Source of the DNA: Candidatus Binatia bacterium
Lineage (GTDB): Bacteria > Desulfobacterota > Binatia > UBA9968 > JAJDTQ01
Length of the DNA: 64,000 nt
Assembly (NCBI GenBank): GCA_963666515.2
Contig: OY762897.2
Coordinates: 4,384,001-4,448,000 of the forward strand
Direction of reading: 5' to 3'
Every line of letters begins with the position of its first letter. The stretch's first letter is position 1. The position numbers and the translations under genes were made by a program. Under the pieces are notes generated by a model. The model did no database searches. It was given only the letters and a program-made list of their open reading frames with translations, and was not told the origin of the DNA. This document shows positions 9,077-20,664 of this stretch, in pieces.

Positions 9077-10952
9077 GGTCCACCCGCGCGCGCCTCCAGT
9101 CGATGGGCGCCGCCGGCGACTCGTGGTCCCCGGTGTCGGCGCCTTTGGCGTGAAAGTAGGCCTCGATGACCTTCCTGGTGATGGGCGCCGCGGTGGCGCC
9201 GCCGTGTCCGCCGTGCTCCACCAGGGTCGCGACCGCGACCTCCGGCTCCCGGGCCGGAGCGTAGGCCACGAACCACGAGTGGTCTCTGTCCCGGTAAGGC
9301 AGGTCTTCGCTCTTGACGGTTTCGCCGCGCATTTCCACCACCTGGGCGGTTCCGGTCTTCCCGGCGATGGCGACGACCTCCGAGCGCGCCCGCTTGCCCG
9401 TGCCCCGCTCGCCGTGGACCACGTCGAAGAGTGCCCGGCGTACGACGGCCAGGTTCTCCCGTCTCAGGTCCACGGCGCCGGACCGGACCGGGCCGTATTC
9501 CTCCATGACCGCGCCTTCGGGCGACAGCAGCCGTTTCACGAACCACGGGCGGTACACCGTGCCGCCGTTGGCCACGGTGGCGACCATGCTGGCCATCTGC
9601 AGCGGCGTCACTCCGAGGTAACCCTGTCCGATGGCCACCATGGGGGTTTCGCCGCGGTACCAGGGATTGCCGAGGCGCCGTCTCTTCCACGCCCGGTCGG
9701 GAACCAGGCCTGGGCTTTCGCCGTCCAGCCCGATGCCCGTGGGCGCGCCGAGTCCGAAGCGCCGCGCGTGCCTGGCGATCCTGTCGACGCCCAGCCGGAG
9801 CGCCAACTGGTAGAAGTAGACGTCGCATGACTGCACCAGGGCCTGGTGCATGTCGACGTGGCCGTGTCCGTGCTTTTTCCAATCCCGGAGCTCGCGGTCG
9901 CCCACCTTGTACGTGCCGCCGCAGAACAGCTTCTCGCCGGGGGAGATGACGCCTTCCTGCAACGCGGCCAGCGCGGTGACGATCTTGAACGTCGAGCCCG
10001 GCGGGAAGTGACCCTGCAACGCCCTGTTGTGCAGCGGGGTTTCGTCGTCGGTGGTCAGCCGGCGCCACTCCTCCGGCGTCATGCCGCGCGCGAACGAGTT
10101 GGGGTCGAACGCGGGAGTGCTCACCAGCGCCAGCACGGCGCCGGTGTTGACGTCGAGGACGACGATGGCGCCCTCCTTGTCCTGGAGGGCGTCGTAGGCC
10201 ACCTGCTGGACGTCCATGTCGAGGGTCAGCACGACGTTGTGGCCCGGGGTCGCATCGCGTCGATCGATGGTGCGGACCTTGCGGCCGGTGGCGTCGACCT
10301 CGACCCTTTCTCCTCCGCTCCGGCCGGCCAGGCGCCCCTCCCACCTCTTCTCCAGTCCGGTCTGCCCGATCTCGTCCCCGCGCCGGTAGCCCTTTCGGTG
10401 GAGGCGCCGCAACTGCTCGGCGTTGATCTGCCCCAGGTAACCGAGCAGGTGGGCCGTCATCCCCTCGGTCAGATAGCTGCGCCGCGCCTTGACGCTGACG
10501 TAAACCCCGGGGAGGTCCAGCCGATGGGTCTCCACCGCCACCACGGACGGCCAATCCACGTCGCGGACGAGCGTGACGCCTTTCGATCCCTTGCCGTGCC
10601 GGACGGCGTCCAGGAACCGTTCGCCGTCGCCGTCGACCATGGCCGCGAGGCGTTGCAGGGTGACTTCCCGGTCACGGGAGTCGCCGGGCAGGTAGCGCAG
10701 GTCGAAGGACGGCCGGCTGTTGATCAGAAGCCGGTGTTTCCGGTCGAACACCATGCCGCGGACCGCGGGGATGCGCTCCAGGCGGATGCGGTTGTCTTCG
10801 GACATGACGGTGTAGCGGTGGCCCTGCAGGATCTGCAGGGTCCAGAGGCGGTACGTCAGGAAGGCGAAAACCAGCAGGACCAGCAGCGCGAAGAAGCGCG
10901 TTCGCCCGCGGAACTCCGTCAGGGTTCGGGAGTTGGACCTACGAGGGTGCAT
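9066..10952 (-). CDS. mrdA: Penicillin-binding protein 2
   Basis: GSTFK (SxxK), SCD, KTGT motifs; mre operon context. Confidence 0.95.
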   Translation of the reverse strand: MHPRRSNSRTLTEFRGRTRFFALLVLLVFAFLTYRLWTLQILQGHRYTVMSEDNRIRLERIPAVRGMVFDRKHRLLINSRPSFDLRYLPGDSRDREVTLQRLAAMVDGDGERFLDAVRHGKGSKGVTLVRDVDWPSVVAVETHRLDLPGVYVSVKARRSYLTEGMTAHLLGYLGQINAEQLRRLHRKGYRRGDEIGQTGLEKRWEGRLAGRSGGERVEVDATGRKVRTIDRRDATPGHNVVLTLDMDVQQVAYDALQDKEGAIVVLDVNTGAVLALVSTPAFDPNSFARGMTPEEWRRLTTDDETPLHNRALQGHFPPGSTFKIVTALAALQEGVISPGEKLFCGGTYKVGDRELRDWKKHGHGHVDMHQALVQSCDVYFYQLALRLGVDRIARHARRFGLGAPTGIGLDGESPGLVPDRAWKRRRLGNPWYRGETPMVAIGQGYLGVTPLQMASMVATVANGGTVYRPWFVKRLLSPEGAVMEEYGPVRSGAVDLRRENLAVVRRALFDVVHGERGTGKRARSEVVAIAGKTGTAQVVEMRGETVKSEDLPYRDRDHSWFVAYAPAREPEVAVATLVEHGGHGGATAAPITRKVIEAYFHAKGADTGDHESPAAPIDWRRARVDHAN

Positions 10953-11463
10953 TGACGAGGGAAGACGGCTTTCTCACGGTTTCCATGCGCGTCTGTATGG
11001 AGCGGAGCACCAGGAACAGCAAGGGCGCGATGCACGCGGAGAACAGGGCTTCCCGGAGTATGGCGTCGGCAACCACGACCCAACTGCCTGCGGACAACTC
11101 GAACAGCGGGGAAATGACGATCAACGTGGCCACTTTCAGCCACACGGCGACGAACACGGTCAGGGCGCTGACCAGGGGCCCGCTGGCCCATATGTAGCGG
11201 AAGACCACGTATACCGCCAGGAAGACCGCGGAGAAGGCGAGGGCGTTCACACCCGGTTGGGGGCTCGAAAGGATGTCGATGGCGTATCCCAGCAGGAACG
11301 TCGCCCAGACGGCTTCCGCCCGAGGGTGGTTGAGCGCCCAGTAGACGCACAGGATCAGGGTCAGGTCGGGGATGATGGGCGTCCAGCTTGCCAGGTGCAG
11401 GACCGTGGACTGCAGGACGACGAAGACCAGGCCGATGCCGAAGAATACCAGCGACACGTTCAT
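10939..11463 (-). CDS. mreD: Rod shape-determining protein MreD
   Basis: Small hydrophobic protein with 'PDLTLIL', between mreC and mrdA. Confidence 0.85.
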   Translation of the reverse strand: MNVSLVFFGIGLVFVVLQSTVLHLASWTPIIPDLTLILCVYWALNHPRAEAVWATFLLGYAIDILSSPQPGVNALAFSAVFLAVYVVFRYIWASGPLVSALTVFVAVWLKVATLIVISPLFELSAGSWVVVADAILREALFSACIAPLLFLVLRSIQTRMETVRKPSSLVNAPS

Positions 11464-12323
11464 GGCGTGGGCGTTTTCTCCAGGCTCTCCCTCCGCACGG
11501 ACGAAACCGCGGGTCGCGGTCTGTCGGAGATGAAGAGCACCTCTTCCATCACCAGCGGGTCTACGGCCAGTGAGACGCGAACCCGCTGGAAAAGCCCGGG
11601 ACCGTCATCCGCGACGTCCACGACGGTGCCCACCAGAAGCCCCTTGGGAAACGTGCCGTCCAGTCCCGAGGTGATGAGCCGGTCGCCGGGACGGACGTCC
11701 TCGTTGCGGCCCATGTACTTCACGATGGGCTCTCCGTCCACCGACCCGGAGACGATGCCGCGCACCCGGGTCCGTTGCGTGATGATGTCGAGCCCGCTCT
11801 TGTGATCCGTCAACAGCATCACCTTGGCGGTGTCGTCGTCCACCGAGACGACCTTGCCGACGACGCCTCTCGGCGTGATGACCGCCATGCCCTGGTGGAT
11901 GCCGGCGGCCGTGCCCTTGTCCACGGTGATGGTGCGGAACCAACTGCTGGCGCTGTTGCTGATCACCGTGGCCGCCACGGACTCCCTCAGTATCCGCGTT
12001 CGGATCTCCAGAAGCTCGGTCAGGCGGTCGTTGGCGAGCTTGGCTTCGAAGAGGCGGTTTCTCTCCGCCTCGAGGACGGCGACCTGCTCCTTCAGGGCCT
12101 GGTTCTCGTTCCAGAGATCCTGGAAGGCGACGTAGTGGAGCTGCAGGTTGCGTATGGCCGCGCCCAGGGCGTGGAGCGATATCTGAAGCGGTCTGACGGA
12201 TTGAGACAGGAGCCTGGTAACCGCGTCGCCCTTGTCGGGAGAGGTGGACGAGACGGTGACGACGTAGAACGCCAGGCCCAGAGCGCACAGGCAGTGGACC
12301 GGGATCCGGTACCGCCGCAGCAT
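11460..12323 (-). CDS. mreC: Rod shape-determining protein MreC
   Basis: Coiled coil, ITVDKGTAAGI, TSGLDGTFPKG; start trimmed to internal ATG. Confidence 0.92.
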   Translation of the reverse strand: MLRRYRIPVHCLCALGLAFYVVTVSSTSPDKGDAVTRLLSQSVRPLQISLHALGAAIRNLQLHYVAFQDLWNENQALKEQVAVLEAERNRLFEAKLANDRLTELLEIRTRILRESVAATVISNSASSWFRTITVDKGTAAGIHQGMAVITPRGVVGKVVSVDDDTAKVMLLTDHKSGLDIITQRTRVRGIVSGSVDGEPIVKYMGRNEDVRPGDRLITSGLDGTFPKGLLVGTVVDVADDGPGLFQRVRVSLAVDPLVMEEVLFISDRPRPAVSSVRRESLEKTPTP

Positions 12324-12453
12324 CGTGGCGGCCACGAACCGGACTTTGCTCGACCGGGTGTCCGGCGGGTTGGACTTGGAGAGTTGCTGCGTCGACCGTC
12401 GCGAGTCCGCAGTTCTCCCTGTTCTGGCTGCGGGCACGTGTAACTTGTCCCTT

Positions 12454-13556
<1,103 letters not shown>

Positions 13557-13602
13557 CAAACCGGAGATGACGCGCCGCCCCTGTTCGGCGGGGTCGCCGC
13601 CC

Positions 13603-13631
13603 TTCACTTAATCACGACGGGTACCTATAAT
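13603..13631 (+). promoter_or_regulatory. Putative ppiD promoter TTCACT-N17-TATAAT
   Basis: Perfect -10, 17-nt spacer. Confidence 0.55.
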
Positions 13632-13700
13632 GGTGTCCGGTTCGCAACCGTGCGCGGGCATGGTTGCGAACGAGAGCCGTGCATCGAGGAGCGTTCGAAC

Positions 13701-15599
13701 ATGCTTGACGTGCTGCGAAAGAGAAAACGGTCGTGGATCGTGCTGCTGTTGCTTGGGATCGGCGTGCTGGCCTTCGTCATGGTCGGGGTGGGCCCCCAGG
13801 GAGGACAGGAGCGGGTGGTGACCATCGCCGAGGTCAACGGGGAGAAGATCACCTACACCGAGCTGGAGCGGCAATACTACCGGATGCTTCAGACCTACCG
13901 GCAACTGGCCGGGGGGCGGCTCTCGCCCGCCGACCTGGAGGCGCTCAACCTCAGGGGCCAGTTGCTGGAGGAGTTGATCCAGCAGCGGCTGTTGTTGCAG
14001 GCGGCCCAGGAACTGGGGCTCCACGTCACCGATGACGAGCTGGCGCAGGGGATCGCGCGCAACCCCGCGTTCCAGTCCGGAGGCCGGTTCGACAGGAACG
14101 TCTACGAGTATGCGCTCCGGGGACAGGGACTGACGCCCGGGGAGTTCGAGGCCCGGCAGCGCGAGGCCCTGACCATCCAGAAGCTCCAGGACCTGATCCA
14201 GCACTCCATCCCGGTTACGGCCGCGGAGATCGAAGATCGCTACCGCGTGGACAACGAGGAGATCGCGCTGGATTTCGTCAGGCTCAAGACCGATGACTTC
14301 GTCGAGGGCGTCGAGGTCGGCGACGAAGAGATCCAGGCCTACTACGACGGCAACGGCGCGCTCCTGCGGGAACCGCTCAAGGTAAAGGCGCGGTACGTGG
14401 CGTACCGCGTGGAAGATTTTTCCGCCGGCGTCGAGGTTTCCGACGAGGACGTCCAGGCCTACTACGACGTCTACCGCGACCGCCGGTTCCGCCGGCGGGA
14501 GGCGGTGAGGTTCAGCCAGATCCATCTCCCCGCGCCGGAAGGGACCGCGCCGGAGGACAGGGAGGCGGCGCACAGGCAACTGGAAGACGTGCTGGAGCAG
14601 GCCCGGTCGGGCGCCGACTTCGCCGAGCTGGCCAAACGGCACTCCAGGGACGAGAGCGCGGCGCAAGGCGGCGACATGGGATTCGTCACCCGCGGTCAAC
14701 TGGTGCCGTCGCTGGACGCGGCGCTCTTCGCGCTGAAGGAGGGCGAGGTGAGCGACGTCGTCGAGAGCGCGCTCGGGCTGCACCTCTTGAAGGCGGTGGA
14801 GAAGCAGGAGGACGAGGTCATGGACCTCGAGGAGGTGAAGGAGCAGATCGTCGAGGCTCTCAGGCGTGAACGCGGCTCCGCCAGGGCGGCGCGGGCGGCG
14901 GAGGAAGACCGCGAGAGTGTCCTGGACGGCGCGCCGCTGACGGAGGTCGCGTCGAAACGGGGGATCGGGTTGTCGGAGACGGACCTGTTCAGCGCCGGGG
15001 AGACGCTCGACGAGATCGGCGACGTGGAGGACTTCTACCGCGCGGCCCTGTCCCTCAAGCCGGGCCAGGCAGGTCCCATCATCGCGACCCCCGACGCGCT
15101 GTACCTCATGGACGTCGTCCGGCGGATCGAACCCGCGGTGCCGCCCCTGGAGGACGTGAAGGACGGTATCCGGGAGACCCTGGTCCGCCGCAAGGCGCGG
15201 GAGCGCGCGCAAGAGAAGGGAGACGAGCTTCTGGCGGAGCTCAAGGCGGCGCCGGACCTCGCAAAGGTGGCGGCGGCTCACGGGCTCAAGGTGGAGGACA
15301 CCGGACTGTTTCCGCGCGGCCAAGCCGGGATTCCCGAGATCGGGCTTCTCCCCCTGCCCCTGGGACGGCTCACCGTGTCCGAGGAGAAGCCGGTGGTGGA
15401 GACCGCCTACCTCCAGGACGACGCGGTCTACGTCATGGTGCTGAGGAAGACCGTCGAGGCCGACCCGGCCCACTTGGCCGGGGAGAAGGAAGATTTGGCG
15501 CGGCAACTGCGCAACGAGAAGGGGCAACGGGCTTTGAGACGGTTGATCGAGAACCTGAAGGCCGACGCCGAGATCGAGATCCATCCGGAATTCATCTGA
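13701..15599 (+). CDS. ppiD: SurA N-terminal domain / parvulin PPIase chaperone (PpiD-like)
   Basis: N-terminal TM anchor, IAEVNGEKI, rotamase 'DFAELAKRHSRDESAAQGGDMG'; GAGGAG SD. Confidence 0.85.
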   Translation: MLDVLRKRKRSWIVLLLLGIGVLAFVMVGVGPQGGQERVVTIAEVNGEKITYTELERQYYRMLQTYRQLAGGRLSPADLEALNLRGQLLEELIQQRLLLQAAQELGLHVTDDELAQGIARNPAFQSGGRFDRNVYEYALRGQGLTPGEFEARQREALTIQKLQDLIQHSIPVTAAEIEDRYRVDNEEIALDFVRLKTDDFVEGVEVGDEEIQAYYDGNGALLREPLKVKARYVAYRVEDFSAGVEVSDEDVQAYYDVYRDRRFRRREAVRFSQIHLPAPEGTAPEDREAAHRQLEDVLEQARSGADFAELAKRHSRDESAAQGGDMGFVTRGQLVPSLDAALFALKEGEVSDVVESALGLHLLKAVEKQEDEVMDLEEVKEQIVEALRRERGSARAARAAEEDRESVLDGAPLTEVASKRGIGLSETDLFSAGETLDEIGDVEDFYRAALSLKPGQAGPIIATPDALYLMDVVRRIEPAVPPLEDVKDGIRETLVRRKARERAQEKGDELLAELKAAPDLAKVAAAHGLKVEDTGLFPRGQAGIPEIGLLPLPLGRLTVSEEKPVVETAYLQDDAVYVMVLRKTVEADPAHLAGEKEDLARQLRNEKGQRALRRLIENLKADAEIEIHPEFI

Positions 15600-15607
15600 C
15601 GCGCCAC

Positions 15608-16228
15608 ATGCAGATCTTCCTGCTACGTCACGGCGAGACCCGCTGGAACCGGGAGGGCCGATGCCAGGGGAGCTCGGACATCGAGTTGAACGAGGCCGGC
15701 CGCCGGCAGGCCGGCGAAGTCGCCGCGCACCTGAGCCGCGGCCGCATCGATGCGGTCTACTCCAGCCACCTTCGGCGCGCCCATGAGACCGCGGAGATCG
15801 TGGGCGAGCCCCACGAGGTCGCGGTGAACGTCGAGCCCGACCTGCGCGAGCTGGACCACGGCGAGATGGAAGGCATGACCTTCGTCGAGGTGCGGGAGAG
15901 GTTCGCGGGGCTGATCGAACTGTGGCGCTCGCAGCCGTTGGCGGTGGTGCTCCCGGGAGGGGAGCGCCTGATCGACGTGGACCGGCGGGCCTGGTCCGCG
16001 CTCAACCGCATTGTCGAGAACCACGACGAGGGGGACCGCGTCGTCGTGGTCAGTCACACCTTCCCCATCGTTTCCATATTGTGCAGGATCAGCCGGACCT
16101 CGCTGAACCATTACCGCACCTTTCACCTGAAACCCTGCGACTTCAGCCACGTGAGCTTCACGCGGGCGGGGGGCTGGGAGATCCGGGAGGCGGTGGCCAC
16201 ACCCTCGCAGGTTCGCGAGTCGGCGTGA
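15608..16228 (+). CDS. Histidine phosphatase family protein (GpmB/CobC-like)
   Basis: LLRHGET motif, VVVVSH. Confidence 0.9.
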   Translation: MQIFLLRHGETRWNREGRCQGSSDIELNEAGRRQAGEVAAHLSRGRIDAVYSSHLRRAHETAEIVGEPHEVAVNVEPDLRELDHGEMEGMTFVEVRERFAGLIELWRSQPLAVVLPGGERLIDVDRRAWSALNRIVENHDEGDRVVVVSHTFPIVSILCRISRTSLNHYRTFHLKPCDFSHVSFTRAGGWEIREAVATPSQVRESA

Positions 16229-16242
16229 GAAAGGAGGATTCC

Positions 16243-16629
16243 ATGAGAATCGTTCACACCATGATTCGGGTCAAGCACCTCGACGAGAGCCTCAAGTTCT
16301 ATTGCGACGGATTGGGGATGAAGGTCCTGAAGCAGAAGGACTACGAGTCCGGGCGCTTCACCAACACGTTCGTGGGTTACGGCTCCGAGGAGGACAGCGC
16401 GGTCATCGAGCTGACCTACAACTGGGACACCCACGAGTACGACCTGGGCGACGGCTTCGGCCACATCGCCATCGGCGTGCCCGACGTGCACGCCACCTGT
16501 GACGACCTGCGGCAGAAGGGGGTCAAGATCACGCGCGACGCGGGTCCCATGAAGCACGGCGGCGGGGTCATCGCCTTCATCGAGGATCCCAACGGCTACA
16601 AGATCGAGCTGACGACGCGGAAGGAGTAG
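16243..16629 (+). CDS. gloA: Lactoylglutathione lyase (glyoxalase I)
   Basis: HTMIRV, IELTYNWD, GFGHIAIGV, EDPNGYKIEL; AAGGAGG SD. Confidence 0.95.
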   Translation: MRIVHTMIRVKHLDESLKFYCDGLGMKVLKQKDYESGRFTNTFVGYGSEEDSAVIELTYNWDTHEYDLGDGFGHIAIGVPDVHATCDDLRQKGVKITRDAGPMKHGGGVIAFIEDPNGYKIELTTRKE

Positions 16630-16649
16630 GGGGTTTGAGGCCTCTTCGG

Positions 16650-16677
16650 GTAGGGGCGACCGGCCGGCCGCCCCTAC
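16650..16677. repeat. GTAG-type REP palindrome
   Basis: GTAGGGGCGACCGGCCGGCCGCCCCTAC between convergent genes; related copy at 58637. Confidence 0.75.
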
Positions 16678-16701
16678 GTGCGTCTACCGCGGCTTGAAAT
16701 T

Positions 16702-17631
16702 CTATATCCGAAGCAGCTTGCGCGAGGTCCGCTCCTGGGCGGAGCGGACCTCCGCCGCGTTCTCCTGCTCGTCCACCACCGCCAGCGCCCTCTTGAGAGG
16801 GCCGAGTCCGCCGCAGTAGTCCGAGCCGAAGACCACGCCGCCGGAGCCCATCACGTCGGTGAGAAAGGGCAGGGCCTTGGGCCTGACGCTGGCGGTGTCG
16901 ATGAGGAAGTGATCGAGGAAGATGTCGGAGTAGCGCTTGTCGCCGTCCGGTCCCCTGTGCTTCCAGGACATCCTCTGCACCAGCAGGGGGATGCCGCCGC
17001 CGCCGCTGCGTATCACTACGTGAAGGTTCGGATGGCGGTCGAAGACGCCGCCGGCGATCATGCGCATCACGCACTCGTTCACGCTCGCGTCCGACAGCAC
17101 GGCGTAGGACACCCCGGCGCCGCCGTCCTCCAGCCGCTGGAGGGTCGGGTCCTTGGCGTTGCCGCTGCCGTGCAGGAACAGCGGCAGGCCGAGTTCCGAC
17201 ACCTTGGCGAAGATCGGGTCCAGCTCCGGCAGGTCCACCTTCATCTCGCCGTCCACCCGAGGGTAGATGAGCACGGCCTTGAAGCCGCGGGCGGCCATGC
17301 GCTCGATCTCCTCCACCGAGTCTTCCACGTTCTTGAGCGATAGCGCGGTGATGCCGCCGAACCGGTCCGTGTGGCCGCCGATGCGCTCCGCCAGCACGTC
17401 GTTGGACAGGCGCGCCATCTCCATGGCGTCCGCGGCCTCGAGCTGGTCGGCGTCCTCGCTGGCGCCCTGGCAGACGAGTTGGTAGTCGATGCCCGCCTCG
17501 TCCAGCTCGGTGAGCCGCTTGTCGAAGTTGGCCGAATCGTAGTCGTCGACCTTCGGCGCCTTCCCGGCCTTCTGTCGAAACGCGTTCACCAACTCCGGAG
17601 CGGTGTGGTGTGAGTGCCAGTCGATGAGCAT
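16702..17631 (-). CDS. Amidohydrolase_2 family protein (ACMSD/decarboxylase-like)
   Basis: IDWHSH, PLFLHG, GVFDRHPNL, FGSDY. Confidence 0.85.
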   Translation of the reverse strand: MLIDWHSHHTAPELVNAFRQKAGKAPKVDDYDSANFDKRLTELDEAGIDYQLVCQGASEDADQLEAADAMEMARLSNDVLAERIGGHTDRFGGITALSLKNVEDSVEEIERMAARGFKAVLIYPRVDGEMKVDLPELDPIFAKVSELGLPLFLHGSGNAKDPTLQRLEDGGAGVSYAVLSDASVNECVMRMIAGGVFDRHPNLHVVIRSGGGGIPLLVQRMSWKHRGPDGDKRYSDIFLDHFLIDTASVRPKALPFLTDVMGSGGVVFGSDYCGGLGPLKRALAVVDEQENAAEVRSAQERTSRKLLRI

Positions 17632-17869
17632 GGGTTCCTCCGTGGCGCCGGCCCAGTGGTCCGGCGATGTCCAGGCGGGGATTATAGGCCCCGATAGCGG
17701 AGCCGGTCAATGATCGTAGTGCGGAATGGCCACCCACCTGCCGGCGAGTGGCGCCAACGCGGGTCGATTTGACTGGTTTTCGCCGTTGGGCTAATCGTGG
17801 AGCAACATCACGCAAGCCCGGTAAACGCACGGTGTGTGCGCGCCGACGGGCTGTCCGGGAGGAACTTTC

Positions 17870-18718
17870 ATGCCCACCGCTTCCATCGACGGTATCGAGA
17901 TATACTACGAGACCTATGGCTCCGGGACGCCGCTCCTGATGCTCGCGCCGGGAGGGTTCGACTCCACCATCGAGAAGTGGCGCGTGGCCAGCGCCTGGAC
18001 CGGCATTGACGCCCTGGCCAGACTCGGTACGGAGCATCAGGTCATCGCCTACGACCGGCGCGAGGCGGGGCAATCAGGCGGGCGGGTGGAGCGCTTGACC
18101 TGGACCGCGTACGCCCGCGAAGGCAAGCAGCTCCTGGACCATCTCGGCATCGACTCGGCCTTCGTCATGGGGGGATGCATGGGCTGTTCGGTGGCCCTTT
18201 CCTTCGGCGTCAACTATCCGCAGGCGACCCGCGGCATGATCCTCCACTGGCCTGTGGGCGGGTACCGCTGGAAGACGGCGAGCCAGGCGCGCTTCGCCGC
18301 GCACCTGGACTTCGTGCGCGAGAACGGCATGCAGGGCGTGGTGGACCGGGCCTCCAAGGGGACCACCTTTTGGACCGACCCCGAGTCCGGCCCCTGGGCC
18401 TCGGTCATCGCCCGGGACGGCGCCTTCGCCGAGCGGTTCGCGGCCGAAGACCCCGAGCGCTACATGGGCATCATCGCCACCAGCGGCCCCGACCTGTTCG
18501 ATCGCGACACCGCCACCGGCGCCACGCCCGAAGAGGTCATGGGCATCAAGGCGCCGGCCGTCATCATGCCCGGCGACGACCCGTCCCACGCCACCTCGGG
18601 CGCCCACTACCTGCGCGAGTGCCTGCCCAACGGCGAGTTCTGGAACGTCATGCCGCCGGAGCAGACCACCGAGAACGTCTGCGACCGGGCGCTGGAGTTC
18701 ACCCGGGCGCACGGGTGA
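17870..18718 (+). CDS. Alpha/beta hydrolase fold protein
   Basis: YYETYGSG, AYDRREAGQS, nucleophile elbow GGCMG (Cys in the Ser position). Confidence 0.85.
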   Translation: MPTASIDGIEIYYETYGSGTPLLMLAPGGFDSTIEKWRVASAWTGIDALARLGTEHQVIAYDRREAGQSGGRVERLTWTAYAREGKQLLDHLGIDSAFVMGGCMGCSVALSFGVNYPQATRGMILHWPVGGYRWKTASQARFAAHLDFVRENGMQGVVDRASKGTTFWTDPESGPWASVIARDGAFAERFAAEDPERYMGIIATSGPDLFDRDTATGATPEEVMGIKAPAVIMPGDDPSHATSGAHYLRECLPNGEFWNVMPPEQTTENVCDRALEFTRAHG

Positions 18719-18786
18719 CGCTCGGTGCCCGGTCCCCCGGATACGTTGACGCGTTGATGGGACCGGACGCCAGGGGGCCGCAACTC

Positions 18787-19830
18787 ATGGCGTTGTTCAT
18801 CAAGGCCGAAGATCTCCAGGGCCTCATCTCCATCACCGAGGCCGTCGAAGCCGTGGAGAAGGGCTTCGCCTCACAGGCGGACCATCCCATCTTCAGCCTT
18901 CCGCGTCAGCGGATGCTGGCGGACAACCGCCGCATCACGGTTCATTCCGGGGGATGCGTGCCCCTGGCCGTGGCCGGGACCTTCGTGCACTACGAGCGCC
19001 ACAACTACACCGCCGATGACCAGAGCTACGGCGCGGTGGGGAAGCGGGTCTACGTCGCCTACGACAGCGAGACCGGCGCGCTGCTGGCCATCATCGCCGG
19101 CTGCCCGCCGTTCTACCGGCGCCATGCCGCGGAGGACGAGTTCGCCACCGAGACCGCCATCACCAGCGCGGTCGGCACCCGGCGCATGGCCCGGGAGGAC
19201 GCCCGGGTGCTGGGTCTCTACGGCACCGGCCGTCAGGCCCGGCGTCACGTGGAGGCCATGTGCGCCGTCCGGCCCATCACCGAGGTCAAGGTCTACAGCC
19301 GCAGCGCCGACAACCGGCGCGCCTTCTGCGAGACCATGCAACCCTTCGTGGACGCGGAGATCAGGCCGGTGGAGCGGCCCGAGGACGCGGCCGGGAACGT
19401 GGACCTCATCGTCTGCGCCACCGGCAGCAACTTCCCGGTGGTGTTCGGGCAGTGGCTGGAGGAGGGGGTCCACGTGACCTCCATCGTGGGCAGCAACAAG
19501 GAGTTGCTGATGGAGGGGCTGGTGAGCCGCCCGCGGCGCGAGCTGGACGACGAGGTGCTGGCCCGGGCCGACGTCATCGTGGCGACCCTGGTGCAGCAGG
19601 GCATCCAGGACGAGCAGGGCGACCTGCTGGAGCCCGTCCGCAACGGTGTGATCGCCTGGGACGACGTCAAGGACCTGAGCGCGCTGGTGACCGGGAAGGT
19701 CCGGGGACGCCGGAGCGACCGCGACATCACCCTGTTCAAGCAGAACAGCGACCAGGGCGTGGGATACATGGCTTTGGCGCGGCTGGCCCACGACAAGGCC
19801 CGGGCGGCCGGCATCGGGATGGAGTTCTGA
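18787..19830 (+). CDS. Ornithine cyclodeaminase / mu-crystallin family protein
   Basis: YDSETGALLA, GLYGTGRQA, RRELDD, RRSDRDITLFK. Confidence 0.85.
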   Translation: MALFIKAEDLQGLISITEAVEAVEKGFASQADHPIFSLPRQRMLADNRRITVHSGGCVPLAVAGTFVHYERHNYTADDQSYGAVGKRVYVAYDSETGALLAIIAGCPPFYRRHAAEDEFATETAITSAVGTRRMAREDARVLGLYGTGRQARRHVEAMCAVRPITEVKVYSRSADNRRAFCETMQPFVDAEIRPVERPEDAAGNVDLIVCATGSNFPVVFGQWLEEGVHVTSIVGSNKELLMEGLVSRPRRELDDEVLARADVIVATLVQQGIQDEQGDLLEPVRNGVIAWDDVKDLSALVTGKVRGRRSDRDITLFKQNSDQGVGYMALARLAHDKARAAGIGMEF

Positions 19831-19962
19831 TGTGGCCTGGTCCGCCCTCCGCACCGTCTCCACGCATCTCTTGAGCGCCGTCGTTTTCTATCGCCGCCCA
19901 GCATGTTATCCTTGAGCGGTCCGTTCGCGGCTTGCCGCTCATCAAGGGAAGCGAGGCGCTCG

Positions 19963-20637
19963 ATGCAAAGATTCCTGGTATCACTCGCCGTTCTGATCCT
20001 GTTCACCACGCTGTCCGTCGTCCCGTCGGGCGCGGCGGACCGGGAGAAACTCGCGCAAAGAGTGACCAAGGCCCAGTTCGCGTTCCGGGACTTCCAGAAG
20101 GATCCCCGGATGACCTGGTTCCACGAGAACGTGCGTTACGCCAAGGGGCTCCTGATCATGCCGACGTGGGTCCGGGGAGGGTTCTTCGTAGGCGGGTACG
20201 GCGGCAACGGCGTGCTGCTGGCGCAGGACAGGGACGGAAGCTGGAGCCATCCGGCGTTCTATGACGTCCTCGCCGGCTCCTTCGGCCTCCAGTTCGGCAT
20301 CGCCGGCGGTCAGGTCATTCTCATGATCATGACGGACACGGGCTTGAGACGGTTCCTGGGCCACAAGTTCCACCTCGGCGCCGACGCGAGCATCGGCGTG
20401 GGCCCGGAGGGCATCGGCGCCAAGGTCGAGCTTTTCGACATCTTCTCGTTCGCCCGCGTCAAGGGGTTGTACGGCGGCCTCACCCTGGAGGGCGGGGGCG
20501 TGATCGTCAACAAGGAGAACAACCAAGCATACTACGGCGACACCAAGGTCACGCCCACGGACATCCTGATCCGGAGAAAGGTCCGCAACAAGCAGGCGGA
20601 CGACCTCATACGGACCCTCACCGAGGCGTCGCGGTAG
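19963..20637 (+). CDS. SYLF/Ysc84 lipid-binding domain protein, secreted
   Basis: Signal peptide, GGFFVGGYGGNGV, WSHPAFY, GSFGLQFG, KGLYGGLTLEG. Confidence 0.85.
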   Translation: MQRFLVSLAVLILFTTLSVVPSGAADREKLAQRVTKAQFAFRDFQKDPRMTWFHENVRYAKGLLIMPTWVRGGFFVGGYGGNGVLLAQDRDGSWSHPAFYDVLAGSFGLQFGIAGGQVILMIMTDTGLRRFLGHKFHLGADASIGVGPEGIGAKVELFDIFSFARVKGLYGGLTLEGGGVIVNKENNQAYYGDTKVTPTDILIRRKVRNKQADDLIRTLTEASR

Positions 20638-20664
20638 TTTCCCTCGAACACGTGCCGCGACGGG

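Noticed and set aside
2944-9169. Very long overlapping ORFs (2944-5577 +, 5442-8975 -, 5984-9169 +) and similar ones across the window
   Set aside because: Shadow frames of well-supported genes in high-GC DNA; no motifs
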